A DNA stretch of 64,000 nucleotides, from positions 768,001-832,000 of the forward strand of contig OY970229.1 of the NCBI GenBank assembly GCA_963714085.1, read 5' to 3'. Of this stretch, positions 27,856-37,624 are shown one piece after another. Every line of letters begins with the position of its first letter. Position 1 is the stretch's first letter. The notes under the pieces are model-generated. The model saw nothing but the letters and a program-made list of their open reading frames with translations, was not told where the DNA came from and did no database searches. Origin of the DNA: an uncultured Candidatus Micrarchaeota archaeon (GTDB lineage: Archaea > Micrarchaeota > Micrarchaeia > Anstonellales > Bilamarchaeaceae). Made by a program: the position numbers and the translations under genes.

Positions 27856-28593
27856 TTATTGCCTGGAGCGAAGAGCGACTTCCTTGTCCACGAGCTCCTG
27901 GAGGACGTCCTCGTGGATGAAGCGCCTGCCGCCGACCTTCTCGTGCGGTATCCTGCCGCGGTCGAGCCTGCGCTCGAAGGCGTTGCGTTTCAGCCTTATG
28001 CCGTTCTTGTGGAGCTCCTTGACAGCCTGGCTCACTGAGAAGTAATTCTTGCTGATGTGCGTGAGCGCCTCGACGGCGTCCCTCGGCACGAGCCTCCTGG
28101 TGCCGAATTTCACGGACGGCACTGAGCCCTTCTCTATCCTGCCGATGAAGGCGCGGAAGTTGATCTGGGGGTTCGACTTCTTGTACTCCTGGTAAGCCTC
28201 CTTCACGGTGTAGAAGTCGTTCTTGGTGTTCACCACGTCCTCAAGAATGGCTTTCGGGATGAACCTCTTCCTGCCGACTTTCACGAAGGGCACGGTGCCG
28301 CGCTCAATCCTGCCTCCGAACGCCCTGAAGGAGATATATACACCATTCTCCTTGAGGTAGTCGTAGGCCGACCGGACGGAGTAGAGCTCGTGTTTGCCTT
28401 CCAGCTCGTCCTCGCTTGCCTTCTGTTTGTAGAGGTTCTGGGCGACCTTGAACACGCTTGCCACGGAGCCCGCGAGGCCCTTCTCGACATTATCCCTGCG
28501 GGTTTTTATACCCGCCAAGTCGATGGACCTGTACTTGTCAATGAACTCATCTTCTATTTCGGTTTCGATAACAATCTTTTTCCCCCTGGGCAT
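27856..28593 (-). CDS. DNA-binding protein with three tandem Xis/MerR-like (HTH_17) domains
   Basis: Three repeats of about 55 aa: [YF][ST]V..A...F..R[IL][ED].G.[VI]P..K.G..R; AGGTGA SD. Confidence 0.75.
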   Translation of the reverse strand: MPRGKKIVIETEIEDEFIDKYRSIDLAGIKTRRDNVEKGLAGSVASVFKVAQNLYKQKASEDELEGKHELYSVRSAYDYLKENGVYISFRAFGGRIERGTVPFVKVGRKRFIPKAILEDVVNTKNDFYTVKEAYQEYKKSNPQINFRAFIGRIEKGSVPSVKFGTRRLVPRDAVEALTHISKNYFSVSQAVKELHKNGIRLKRNAFERRLDRGRIPHEKVGGRRFIHEDVLQELVDKEVALRSRQ

Positions 28594-28700
28594 AATAATC
28601 ACCTTACTTCATACCTGCATATTGCATTTTATGAACACTTATGTACTTACTTATAAAACATAGCGTTTTTAAATCTGCCTGTTTTGACCGCATTTACCAC

Positions 28701-29996
28701 TTATGACTTACCACCCCCTTTCAGACGATAAAACATGTAGACCAGGAAAACTAACAGGACGATCGCGCCTGCTATGTCGAGCAGCGGGAGGCCCTCCGGC
28801 TTCGGCCCTGCCGCGCCCGTTTGGGACTGCGACACGGAGCTGTTGACGGGCGGCGCAGGGGCTGGCGGAGTGCTGAATGTGCCGGCCACCGAAGCCTTGT
28901 TGCCGTCCATGTCCGCCACGCCGATCTTGAACTGGACCACGCTGTTGGGAGGGAACGCCGGGAAGTCCGCCACGAAGACGTTCTTCTGCTGCGTGAAAAC
29001 GATCGCGTTGCTCCACTGCGTCGCGTTGTCCGCCTTATAAGTGACCGCGATGCTTGCGGGGTCCACGCCGCTCGGATATACGCCGGGGTCGGCGACGGGT
29101 ATGGTGAGCCTGGTCGCGTTGCCGACCTGGGACTGGCTGATGGATCCGATGGTGGGTGATGTGAAATCGAAAACCACCAATTTTGGGCTGTCGGTCTGCG
29201 GGTTCATCACGACGCTCTTGACCACGCCCGCGTAGGAGACGTTGAACTGGAAGGTGTTGCCGAAGACCTTCGGGTCGTAATAGGTGCCGTTGGAACCGAG
29301 CTGGACGAGGCTCGTGCCGATGGCCAGCGTGCCGTTGAGCGGGTTGCCGTTGTCATCGACCACCTGCACCGTGACCGGATAGAACCTGATCACCACGCCG
29401 AGGTTGACGGCGTTGGAGACCGTCATGGAGCCCTGCTGCTTGCCGTTTAGATAGCTGACTAGGTAGTTCGCCGCGCCGGCAGGCGCGTAGAATCCGGCGA
29501 AACCTTTGGAGTCGGTGGTCTCGGTCTGGTTGTCGAACCATACGGTCGCGTTTGCGAGAGGGGCCGCCGTGAAATCGGTCACATGGAAAACCACCGGATA
29601 GACCGGGATGTTCACGTCGACGATTGGCGGATGGTAGATCGCGGTTATGCTGGTGCTGCCGTTCACTCCGCCGACCAGGGCGCTTATCTGTATTTGGCAG
29701 TTCACCAGGGACGGGTTGGTCTCGATGTTCTGTACGAGGGTCTGGACCGTGCCGGAATCGTTCGTGATGAGCGGACCGACGTTGTAGTAGGTGCCTTTGC
29801 CGTTAGTCCCGACGGAACCGGAGTATTGGTAAGAGGCGTACACCGCCGCGCCCTGAATGGGGCTGTGACCCGCGTCAAGCGCCCGTATCACCAGGGTTTC
29901 GTGGAATGACGTGTTGCACGGGGGAGTGTTTGTGCTGAGCGCTGAGCACACCATGCAAGGCAACAATAGGAGTAATAGCAGATAGCGGAAATTCAT
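28701..29996 (-). CDS. Cell-surface beta-sandwich glycoprotein with C-terminal TM anchor
   Basis: Signal peptide; repeated V.D..G.P[IL]..A.V motifs; many N-x-S/T sequons; Pro linker and TM. Confidence 0.75.
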   Translation of the reverse strand: MNFRYLLLLLLLPCMVCSALSTNTPPCNTSFHETLVIRALDAGHSPIQGAAVYASYQYSGSVGTNGKGTYYNVGPLITNDSGTVQTLVQNIETNPSLVNCQIQISALVGGVNGSTSITAIYHPPIVDVNIPVYPVVFHVTDFTAAPLANATVWFDNQTETTDSKGFAGFYAPAGAANYLVSYLNGKQQGSMTVSNAVNLGVVIRFYPVTVQVVDDNGNPLNGTLAIGTSLVQLGSNGTYYDPKVFGNTFQFNVSYAGVVKSVVMNPQTDSPKLVVFDFTSPTIGSISQSQVGNATRLTIPVADPGVYPSGVDPASIAVTYKADNATQWSNAIVFTQQKNVFVADFPAFPPNSVVQFKIGVADMDGNKASVAGTFSTPPAPAPPVNSSVSQSQTGAAGPKPEGLPLLDIAGAIVLLVFLVYMFYRLKGGGKS

Positions 29997-30110
29997 GTGC
30001 CTTAAATAGAATGCGAAGCTTAATAAAGGTCATCCCGTTCTTTTCCGGTTTCCGGGCGGACAACACCAATTATTAATTAACTTTCTCAACATTCTGTCTT
30101 CTTCTAAATA

Positions 30111-30182
30111 GCGACCGTAGTCTACCGGTTATGATTCGAGATTGCCAATCTCGCGGATCGGGTTCGATTCCCGACGGTCGCA
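30111..30182 (+). tRNA. tRNA-Gly(GCC)
   Basis: Acceptor GCGACCG/CGGTCGC; anticodon arm CGAGA-TTGCCAA-TCTCG; T arm TCGGG-TTCGATT-CCCGA; CCA not encoded. Confidence 0.95.
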
Positions 30183-30295
30183 TCGGATTTTTCTTTCTCT
30201 TGTCATATCGTCAATCGCCAAAATTCTTCTCGCCGACGCGAAACTAATATAAATGCTCGTTAGACGTAATTTTTCAAATAGTCGCGGTGCATTAC

Positions 30296-31096
30296 ATGGA
30301 AGACCTGCCTGAAGAACTGATGTCCGTACTGGACGTGAGGCCGACCAAGGACCTGCTCAGCCACGAGCAGACGATACCCAAGAACCTCAAGCGCCTCAAA
30401 GAGGGCATGCTGAACATGGGGCACCTGGTCGACCCCCTGATAGTGGATAAGGAAAGCAACGTCGTGCTGGACGGCAACCACAGGCTGAAGGTGCTGGAGA
30501 TAATAGAATGCCCGAATTCCGCATGCCAGATGGTGGATTACAAAGATCCCAAGATAACAGTCGGGAGCTGGCTGCCGGTGGTCAAGATGGAGCCGGAGGA
30601 GATGATCCGTATGGGCAAGATCAAGGCCGAGAAGGCCGACCGCCCGGTTGCCATGGAGGCCATCGCGGCGACCCGGGCGCCTTTCGCTGCTCTGAGCAGG
30701 AAATCGAAGGCCGCGTTCCTGCTCAACCCGGGCAAATATAAGCTACGCGACATGGTGGAGGAGCAGGTTCTCCTGCTCTCCATGTTCAACGATGCGGAAG
30801 TGAAGTATATCAATGATGACGAGCTGGACCAATGGCTTGATATGGGATACACGGCGCTCTACAGGAGGCCTTACACCAAGGAGGAGATAGTGAAATCCGC
30901 CAGGGACCACGCCCCGTTCCCGCCCAAGTCCACGAGGCACCTGATCCCGGGCAGGATAATCAGGCTCAATATGAAGCTCGGCTGGCTGCACTTGGACCGC
31001 GAGGCGGCCAAGAAGGAGATGATCGAGACTCTCAAGCGCCGCGCCTACAGCGGCAACGTGCGCAAGTACTACGAGCCCGTCGTTGTCATATACTGA
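30296..31096 (+). CDS. ParB/Srx-fold protein, SerK-like free serine kinase
   Basis: SHEQ, VLDGNHR and FPPKSTRH match the SerK pattern. Confidence 0.7.
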   Translation: MEDLPEELMSVLDVRPTKDLLSHEQTIPKNLKRLKEGMLNMGHLVDPLIVDKESNVVLDGNHRLKVLEIIECPNSACQMVDYKDPKITVGSWLPVVKMEPEEMIRMGKIKAEKADRPVAMEAIAATRAPFAALSRKSKAAFLLNPGKYKLRDMVEEQVLLLSMFNDAEVKYINDDELDQWLDMGYTALYRRPYTKEEIVKSARDHAPFPPKSTRHLIPGRIIRLNMKLGWLHLDREAAKKEMIETLKRRAYSGNVRKYYEPVVVIY

Positions 31097-31163
31097 AGGC
31101 GACCCGGACTCCAACCACCCCCCTTTTATCGTTTTCTTGTTCTAATCCCATCCAGGTGATAAG

Positions 31164-32237
31164 ATGACTATGCTTTTCACTCCGGGACCGGTCAAGCTAA
31201 CAGACGAGATAAGGATGGCGCAGTCGCAGGAGATGATATCGCACCGCGAGCAGCGGTGGAGCGACCTGTACGGCAGCCTCGTGGAGCGCTTCAAAAAATA
31301 CACCAACGCCCAGGAGGCTCATCTCGTCACGGGCTCGGGCACGCTCGGCATAGAGATGAATATCCTCAACTGCGTGAAACGGAACGACAAGATGCTCGTC
31401 CTCACGAACGGCGAGTTCGGGAAGAGGTTCGCGGAGATCGCGCGCGTGCATTGCGATAACGTGGAGGAGCACAACAACGAGGTCGGGAAGGGGTGGGACC
31501 TGGAGCGCGCGAAAGGGATTATCGACGCTGCGAAAGGCGTGGGCGTCTTCGGCATGGTGTATAACGAGACCTCCAACGGCACCCGCAATCACATAAAGGA
31601 CATGTGCCTCTACGCCAAAAAGAAGGGCATGAGGACCATAATCGACGGCGTGTCCGCCTGGCCGGCCACGGAGCTGGACATGAAGGCCATGGGCATAGAC
31701 TTCTTCTCAACCGGCTCCCAGAAGGCTATCGCTGCGCCGCCGGGAATCACCATGCTGGCAGTGAGCCAAGAGGGCGCGGAGTTCAACGAGAAGCGCACCG
31801 ACCCGATCCCGTCGTATTATATGAACATGAAAAAATACAGGAAATTCATGGCCGAGAAGAAGCAGACGCCATTCACGCCAGCGGTCTCGATTTATTTCGC
31901 CCTGAAGGCGGCCTTCGACCACCTGGACGCGGAGGGAGGACCTGCCGGCTGCGAAAAGCGGCACATGAAAGCAGCGGAATTCACGCAGGGATGGGCGGAG
32001 AAGAACGGCATGAAAGTCGTCGCTGAGCAGGGTTTCCGTTCCAACACGATCACGGCCCTCTGGACCGACAAGGCGAAGGACATGAAGAAGCAGATGCGCG
32101 AGAAGTACGACATAGAGATAGCGACCGGGATGGGCGAGACGAAGGAGAAAATGATACGCATCTGCCACATCGGCAACTTCACGCAGCAGGAACTCGAGCT
32201 CGTGCTGGAAAAGGTGGCGGAGCTGAACGGAAAGTAG
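31164..32237 (+). CDS. Class V PLP aminotransferase (serine/alanine-glyoxylate type)
   Basis: LFTPGP, NETSNG, DGVS, TGSQKAIAAPPG, TPFTP, RICHIG. Confidence 0.92.
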   Translation: MTMLFTPGPVKLTDEIRMAQSQEMISHREQRWSDLYGSLVERFKKYTNAQEAHLVTGSGTLGIEMNILNCVKRNDKMLVLTNGEFGKRFAEIARVHCDNVEEHNNEVGKGWDLERAKGIIDAAKGVGVFGMVYNETSNGTRNHIKDMCLYAKKKGMRTIIDGVSAWPATELDMKAMGIDFFSTGSQKAIAAPPGITMLAVSQEGAEFNEKRTDPIPSYYMNMKKYRKFMAEKKQTPFTPAVSIYFALKAAFDHLDAEGGPAGCEKRHMKAAEFTQGWAEKNGMKVVAEQGFRSNTITALWTDKAKDMKKQMREKYDIEIATGMGETKEKMIRICHIGNFTQQELELVLEKVAELNGK

Positions 32238-32272
32238 TGGTTTTTTAACAGCTTCCATGTATATATTTAACC

Positions 32273-33955
32273 ATGCCAAAAAGCAGGCAGCGCGAGCGGA
32301 CGGCACCTAGGACTCTGACCGAAGACCGATTCAGGAAGATAGACCATCTCACCGAAAGGCTCAGCATGGCTTCGGAAAAGCAGATGCACGAGAGGTGCGG
32401 CACGCTGCTCCTGCGCGAGGTTTTACTGGAAATAGAACGGGAATCGTCCGGGGTCGGGCTTTCGCTTAAGGCCGTTACCCCCATGCCCAAGACCCAGGAA
32501 CTGGAGACCCTTCTGATAGCGCTCATGCTTGAGCGGGAACTTTACGCCTCCGGGTCGATAAAGGAGCTGGGGATACTCAGGAAGGTGGGTCACGGTTTCG
32601 CGGTGGACGGCTTGCAGAGCATGATAAGCGGGGCTGAGTCCCTGAGAACATTGATAGTGACAGATGCCAAGCTTTGCGCTTATTTCACGCACGTCCTCGA
32701 CCTCGGGAAGATATCGGAACATTGCCACGAACTCGGACTGGACAGCTCCGAAGACACGGACAGATGGAACCGCAGGGTTCTCAGGGTGGGCGGCTCGTCT
32801 TCACAGTGGGGATTCACCGTGGGGCAGATTTATGCCAGCTTCGAGCACTCCCTTTTCGGGAAAGCGACCCAGGAAAGTTTCGACGAGTCGCTGACAAGAT
32901 TCATCGAGTTCGTGTGCCTCCTTGATTACAAGCCCGGGTGGGCGGTAGGCACCTCCTTGGTGAGGATAAACGACTACCAACCGCTCTACAAAATCCTGAC
33001 CCCGGGGATGTTCGGCAGCACGATGAGCAACCTCCTGGAAACGGCATACACGAGCGCCATCGAGGGAAAACTAGATTCCACCAAACAATTCCACGAGTCC
33101 AGAAGATCTGAAACCGAGAGGCGGTATGGGGGGAGGGGCCGTGACCAGAGGACGTTCGTGATAGATCGGGAGTTCACACCCCTGCATGTCAGATATGTCA
33201 CGATAAAGGAGGATTCCAAATGCATTGCCGTCGGATTCGATTGCGGCCTTGATTTCGAGAGGCTGGAAAGGTTCCTCGGCGAGAGGGGCTTCAGGGTCGT
33301 GCGCGAAAGCGGTCTGGCGTGCAACAGCCAGATTGCCAACAAGGGGACGCGTTTTGACATCCGGAAAAGATTCAGCCACGTGGATAAGCGCACCGTGCAG
33401 GACGAAGACGGCAATGAGATAGTGGTTTTCAGGGGCGCGAACCAGGCGCTGGTGTTCCCGAAAAACGCTGACGCCATGAAAAAGGCGGGGCTCGTACTGA
33501 ATACGCTGTACAACAACATGCTGTTCTGCACCCCGATATTGAGGGATGCGGAATATGGCGACTCGGGGCTCTCGGCAGAGGAAAGGGCGGTCATCGGGTC
33601 GTTTGACACGCTAGTGACACTGTACAGATTCTTCCTCGAACCGGTAGACGGGAGAATCTTCCGGGAAAGGCTCGAGAGAGGAGACAATGCCGGGCTGAGA
33701 AGTCCCCTTGAGAGCGTCATGTCCATGCTACAGGACGTGGCAGGCGGGTTCGAGGATAGGGTGCTGCATGTGCTTTCCGCGATGGATGCGCGGATTAACC
33801 CCGCGAAGTTCATCGAACTGTACGGTGCCGGGGCCGAAACGCAGGAAAAGGCTGGCAGGTACTATGCGAGACTGAGACTTCTTCTCGAACAATTTGGCCA
33901 GCTTGTCGGCTCTCCCGCGGCAACAGACGCGGAAGACGCACACACACTTAAATAG
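32273..33955 (+). CDS. Hypothetical 560-aa protein
   Basis: Long ORF filling the gap, TATA upstream; no motif recognised. Confidence 0.6.
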   Translation: MPKSRQRERTAPRTLTEDRFRKIDHLTERLSMASEKQMHERCGTLLLREVLLEIERESSGVGLSLKAVTPMPKTQELETLLIALMLERELYASGSIKELGILRKVGHGFAVDGLQSMISGAESLRTLIVTDAKLCAYFTHVLDLGKISEHCHELGLDSSEDTDRWNRRVLRVGGSSSQWGFTVGQIYASFEHSLFGKATQESFDESLTRFIEFVCLLDYKPGWAVGTSLVRINDYQPLYKILTPGMFGSTMSNLLETAYTSAIEGKLDSTKQFHESRRSETERRYGGRGRDQRTFVIDREFTPLHVRYVTIKEDSKCIAVGFDCGLDFERLERFLGERGFRVVRESGLACNSQIANKGTRFDIRKRFSHVDKRTVQDEDGNEIVVFRGANQALVFPKNADAMKKAGLVLNTLYNNMLFCTPILRDAEYGDSGLSAEERAVIGSFDTLVTLYRFFLEPVDGRIFRERLERGDNAGLRSPLESVMSMLQDVAGGFEDRVLHVLSAMDARINPAKFIELYGAGAETQEKAGRYYARLRLLLEQFGQLVGSPAATDAEDAHTLK

Positions 33956-33995
33956 TTAAGCGTGGATATAATGCCGAAATCACAAGGGTGCCTTC

Positions 33996-35141
33996 ATGCA
34001 GTCAGCGCCGCCGTCGCTCAACAAGCTTGTTTCGCTCAGTTTCGATGAAAGCCCCAAGGTCAGGAAGGAGGCCGCCAAATCGCTCGGCGCGCTGGACGAC
34101 CCGGCGGCGCTTTTCGCACTGGTGGAGCTCAGCTATGACAAGGACCCTTCGGTGAAGACGATCGCACAGGACATACTGGACCAGAAAAAGAGGAGCGAGA
34201 AGGAGGTCATGTCCTTCGCTGAGATGTTTTCCAGCGGCAAGAAGGAGGAGGGCGACGGCGCCCAGCCCATGGAGACCAAGGAGAAGGTGCTCCAGCCCAT
34301 AACCATGCTGTTCGAGAAGAAGCTGGGCAAGGAGAAGGCCGACCGCGTGAGGCAGAAGATGATGCCCGCCATAGAGAAGATATACATGAAGACGGTCGAG
34401 GACCGCGAGAGGGAGCCGACCGAGGAATCCGGCAGGCAGGCCATGCAGGAGTTCCTGACGTCCTATCTCGAGGCGGTCTCCGACGTCGGCGAGATGGCGC
34501 CGGCACGGACGCAGGAGAAGGTGGAGACGGACGAGCTCAAGGTGCGCGAGGAGCTGGCGGACGATCTGGGCGAGGTGGCGACCAAGGAGAGGCAGTTCGA
34601 GATGGTCGCCAGGGAGGTCGGTGAGATAGAGGCCGCTGACGAAGTGGCGGAGAGAAAGCAGGATGTGACGGTGGAAAAGCTGCCGGACACGGTCTTCAAG
34701 AAGGCCTACGAGGCCATGATGCTCTCGGAAGGCGATGACGAGATAATGAAGCACGAGATGGAGCGCGCCATCAAGAACGCGAAGCACGATGTCAAGCTGG
34801 CCTACACGCTGGCCAGGAAGAGGTTCAAGGAGACCGACATCACACATATCACGAAGATAAGGAATGGCATGCGCAACGTGAACACCGAGGACCTGGTCAT
34901 CAAGGAAGCGGAGACCATGGAGTACGACAAGAGCAAGAAGGTGAAGGACACTGTCACGCGCATGGTGGTGAACGACGAGGAAGGGAACGAGGGCGTGGTG
35001 TACCTCTTCGAAGGCAGGGGCGGCCAGGTGAAGCCCGGCCAGAAGATACGCATAGTGAGGGGTTATGTCAAGACATTCGACTTCTCAGGTGAGACCGCGC
35101 TCACCATCAGCAAAAAGGGCAATGTTTATATTGTTTTGTAG
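33996..35141 (+). CDS. HEAT-repeat N-terminus, acidic linker and C-terminal OB-fold-like domain
   Basis: DESPKVRKEAAKSLG / DKDPSVK HEAT motifs; ITKIRNGMRNVN...VNDEEG...PGQKIRIVRGYVK resembles an RPA/SSB OB fold. Confidence 0.65.
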   Translation: MQSAPPSLNKLVSLSFDESPKVRKEAAKSLGALDDPAALFALVELSYDKDPSVKTIAQDILDQKKRSEKEVMSFAEMFSSGKKEEGDGAQPMETKEKVLQPITMLFEKKLGKEKADRVRQKMMPAIEKIYMKTVEDREREPTEESGRQAMQEFLTSYLEAVSDVGEMAPARTQEKVETDELKVREELADDLGEVATKERQFEMVAREVGEIEAADEVAERKQDVTVEKLPDTVFKKAYEAMMLSEGDDEIMKHEMERAIKNAKHDVKLAYTLARKRFKETDITHITKIRNGMRNVNTEDLVIKEAETMEYDKSKKVKDTVTRMVVNDEEGNEGVVYLFEGRGGQVKPGQKIRIVRGYVKTFDFSGETALTISKKGNVYIVL

Positions 35142-35175
35142 ATATACTGATTCCACTAATTGAGTAGTGAACTTT

Positions 35176-35346
35176 ATGGAAGACCTGACGAAATACGAGC
35201 TCGCGCGCATAATCGGCGCCCGGGCACTGCAACTCGCTGCCGGAGCACCGCCGCTGGTAAAGGCCCAGGGGGACCTGAGCTTCATAAACGTGGCGGAGCT
35301 GGAACTCGACAAGAAGGTCCTTCCGCTATCCGTCATGAGGGGCTAG
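35176..35346 (+). CDS. rpoK: RNA polymerase subunit K (Rpo6), 56 aa, missing from ORF track
   Basis: Translated by hand: MEDLTKYELARIIGARALQLAAGAPPLV...AELEL...LPLSVMRG. Confidence 0.95.
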   Translation: MEDLTKYELARIIGARALQLAAGAPPLVKAQGDLSFINVAELELDKKVLPLSVMRG

Positions 35347-35992
35347 GGCTCATAGGGAGCCCGTCCGTGAGCACGATCTCATAGTTCTGGCCGACTTCCC
35401 TCAGGAGTATCCTTTTGTCCGCGTCCACCCAGTCCATGGCCACGTCGCCCTGGCTCGATTGCATCTTGACCACGTATGCCTCCCTTCCCTCGTAGTATTC
35501 CTCCCTGACCACGGTGTAGTTGGTGTCCACGATGTGCTGCGCCCAGGAATCGAACATCATGTAGTTTGAGACGTTCCAGCTCCATCCGTCTTGCAGCGCG
35601 AGCATCCATGGCCGGGTCAGGATTATGGCTGGCACTCCGTAGCTGGCGTTCTGTCCTGTGGCGTCGTTCCCCCACTCGTCCAGGCACACGGACGCGTCCT
35701 GCTGGCCCCCGCCAAGTAGCTGCACCACGGTGCAGTTGCCGCCGTAGAGGACGATATAGGTGAGGTTGTCCGAGGTATTCCCCATGGTGTACATGTACGT
35801 GTATATCTCGCCGGGCAGTATCTGCAGGTTCACGTTCTTCACAAGCGGCGCTTCGTTGGCTGTGAATTGCGGGTTCTCAATCTGCGGCCTGAATACAAGA
35901 GCCACGAATCCCAGTATGAGGATCATTATCAGGACGGAGCCTACGAGCCTCCAGTCCGTGGGATTGAAACTAGGGATCTTGAATTCTGGCAT
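35333..35992 (-). CDS. Membrane-anchored hypothetical protein
   Basis: N-terminal TM followed by a beta-rich domain with sequons. Confidence 0.65.
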   Translation of the reverse strand: MPEFKIPSFNPTDWRLVGSVLIMILILGFVALVFRPQIENPQFTANEAPLVKNVNLQILPGEIYTYMYTMGNTSDNLTYIVLYGGNCTVVQLLGGGQQDASVCLDEWGNDATGQNASYGVPAIILTRPWMLALQDGWSWNVSNYMMFDSWAQHIVDTNYTVVREEYYEGREAYVVKMQSSQGDVAMDWVDADKRILLREVGQNYEIVLTDGLPMSPSPS

Positions 35993-35998
35993 TCGTCC

Positions 35999-36514
35999 TC
36001 ACTGCTTCTTGGCGATCTCGCCGTATTTCGCGTAGGGCTTGGACGTCTGGCTCCTGAGCTCCTCGAAGAGTATCTGTGATATCCTCATGCCCGCGGTCAG
36101 GACGACTGGGAACGGCGCCAGGTTGACAATCTCCAGTATCTGGTGGTTGTCGCTCCCTGGCTGGACCACGGCTGCGGTGATGTGGATTATGAGCCCCATG
36201 CGCGCGTAGCGCGACCTTCCCTCGAGCTTGCCCACCAGGTTCGCCGGGACCGTGACCTTCTCCACGGTCTTCCCCAGGCACATCTCCCCGGGCTTCAGCT
36301 CTATCCTGGCCGCCTTCCTCATCTCGTAGGCCTCGGTGAAGGGCGTCTTCGAGAGGTCCACGGGCCTGCCCAGGTATTTGCTCTTGAAGAAATACCACTC
36401 GTCGCTGAGCGTGAGGTCGACGGACGCCGGCCCTATCTGGGCGTCCTCCAGCGGCTCGATCTTTATCATACCTTTCTTCAGGTACTCCCTTATGTCGACA
36501 TCTGAAAACGTCAT
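35999..36514 (-). CDS. dcd: dCTP deaminase
   Basis: QIGPASVDLTL, EGRSRYARMGL, ILEIVN, GMRISQILF. Confidence 0.93.
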   Translation of the reverse strand: MTFSDVDIREYLKKGMIKIEPLEDAQIGPASVDLTLSDEWYFFKSKYLGRPVDLSKTPFTEAYEMRKAARIELKPGEMCLGKTVEKVTVPANLVGKLEGRSRYARMGLIIHITAAVVQPGSDNHQILEIVNLAPFPVVLTAGMRISQILFEELRSQTSKPYAKYGEIAKKQ

Positions 36515-36566
36515 GGGCTTATTTCTTAGCCATGATTTAAAATCACTTCCCGACGACCTTACACCC

Positions 36567-37574
36567 ATGCTCGAGGGACTCAAGCCGCTGGCGCAGCGCA
36601 TCCGGGAGGCCAGGGAACGGCTCGCGGAGAACGCCGCGGAGATAAGGAAGGACGACGGCCCGCTGCCCGGGCTGGACGAGGGAAGGCTCGTGATCCCAAT
36701 GACGAAGGCCCGGGCTGACATCTCGGTGTGCGCGGTGGATGGCGGGCTTCTCGCCGACAGGTTCGTGGGCTCCGACATCCTGGTGCGGCGCTCGGTCGCC
36801 GTGTCCTTCACCTATGAAGGAGGCAAACTGGTCTCTGTCGAGCACCACCCGAAGAAGTTCCCTGAGAACGAGGTGGATTTCCGCAACAACCTGGACGAGC
36901 ATGAGGCCCTGGTCTTCCGCTCGCTGTTCAGGTTGAGAGGGGAGATCAGCACTGCGGCGGAAGCCCTGGACAGGTTCAGGCCGGATTATCTGCTATTGGA
37001 CGGGTCGCTCATGCCTTTGGCATCCGACAGGCCGGCCGAGGGCTCGGCATTGCGCGAGGAGTACGACTCGCTGCTCGCTTCCTATAAAAAACTATACGAG
37101 AAGTGCGGCTCGCTCGACTGCCAACTGGTCGGAGTGGTAAAGGACAGCAGGGGGAAGCGGCTGGCCGAGATTTTGAAGGGTCGGCTGCTCTCAGACGTGC
37201 CCGACGCCGTGCTCGCCGACGCGCTCCTTAAAGAAGGCGAGCGCACCTCCGCCATGGCCCATGCCAGCGATTCCCAGAAGGGCCTTGGCGAATGGGGAAT
37301 CAGGATGAAGCTGTTCTACATGAAGCCCTCCGGCGGGGACATGCCGCTGCGCATCGAGTTCATGGCGCAGAAGAGGAGCGCCACGGACGTCTCATCTGCC
37401 ATCTACGCGCTCTCGTCCATAAGCAGGGCGTTCGCCTATCCTGCTGCGCTAATAGAGGCGGACATGTGCGCTGCGCTCGGGCCTCTGGAGATGGACAAGA
37501 TCAAGCGCTCGCTTTTCGCGCTGACCGGAGGCGCTGCCAGGCCCCTGCGCAGGGCGGAGAGACCTTTCAGATGA
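36567..37574 (+). CDS. nurA: NurA 5'-3' nuclease
   Basis: AVDGG, LLLDGSL, GVVKDS, PLRIEF, YPAALIEAD. Confidence 0.88.
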   Translation: MLEGLKPLAQRIREARERLAENAAEIRKDDGPLPGLDEGRLVIPMTKARADISVCAVDGGLLADRFVGSDILVRRSVAVSFTYEGGKLVSVEHHPKKFPENEVDFRNNLDEHEALVFRSLFRLRGEISTAAEALDRFRPDYLLLDGSLMPLASDRPAEGSALREEYDSLLASYKKLYEKCGSLDCQLVGVVKDSRGKRLAEILKGRLLSDVPDAVLADALLKEGERTSAMAHASDSQKGLGEWGIRMKLFYMKPSGGDMPLRIEFMAQKRSATDVSSAIYALSSISRAFAYPAALIEADMCAALGPLEMDKIKRSLFALTGGAARPLRRAERPFR

Positions 37575-37624
37575 GTACACATAGTTTTATAAAATATAAC
37601 AAACAAAGTGATATATCGGTATCT

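Noticed and set aside
30111..33955. Integrated element at tRNA-Gly with a ParB gene
   Set aside because: No integrase or att duplication seen; the ParB-fold protein looks like SerK and its neighbours are metabolic
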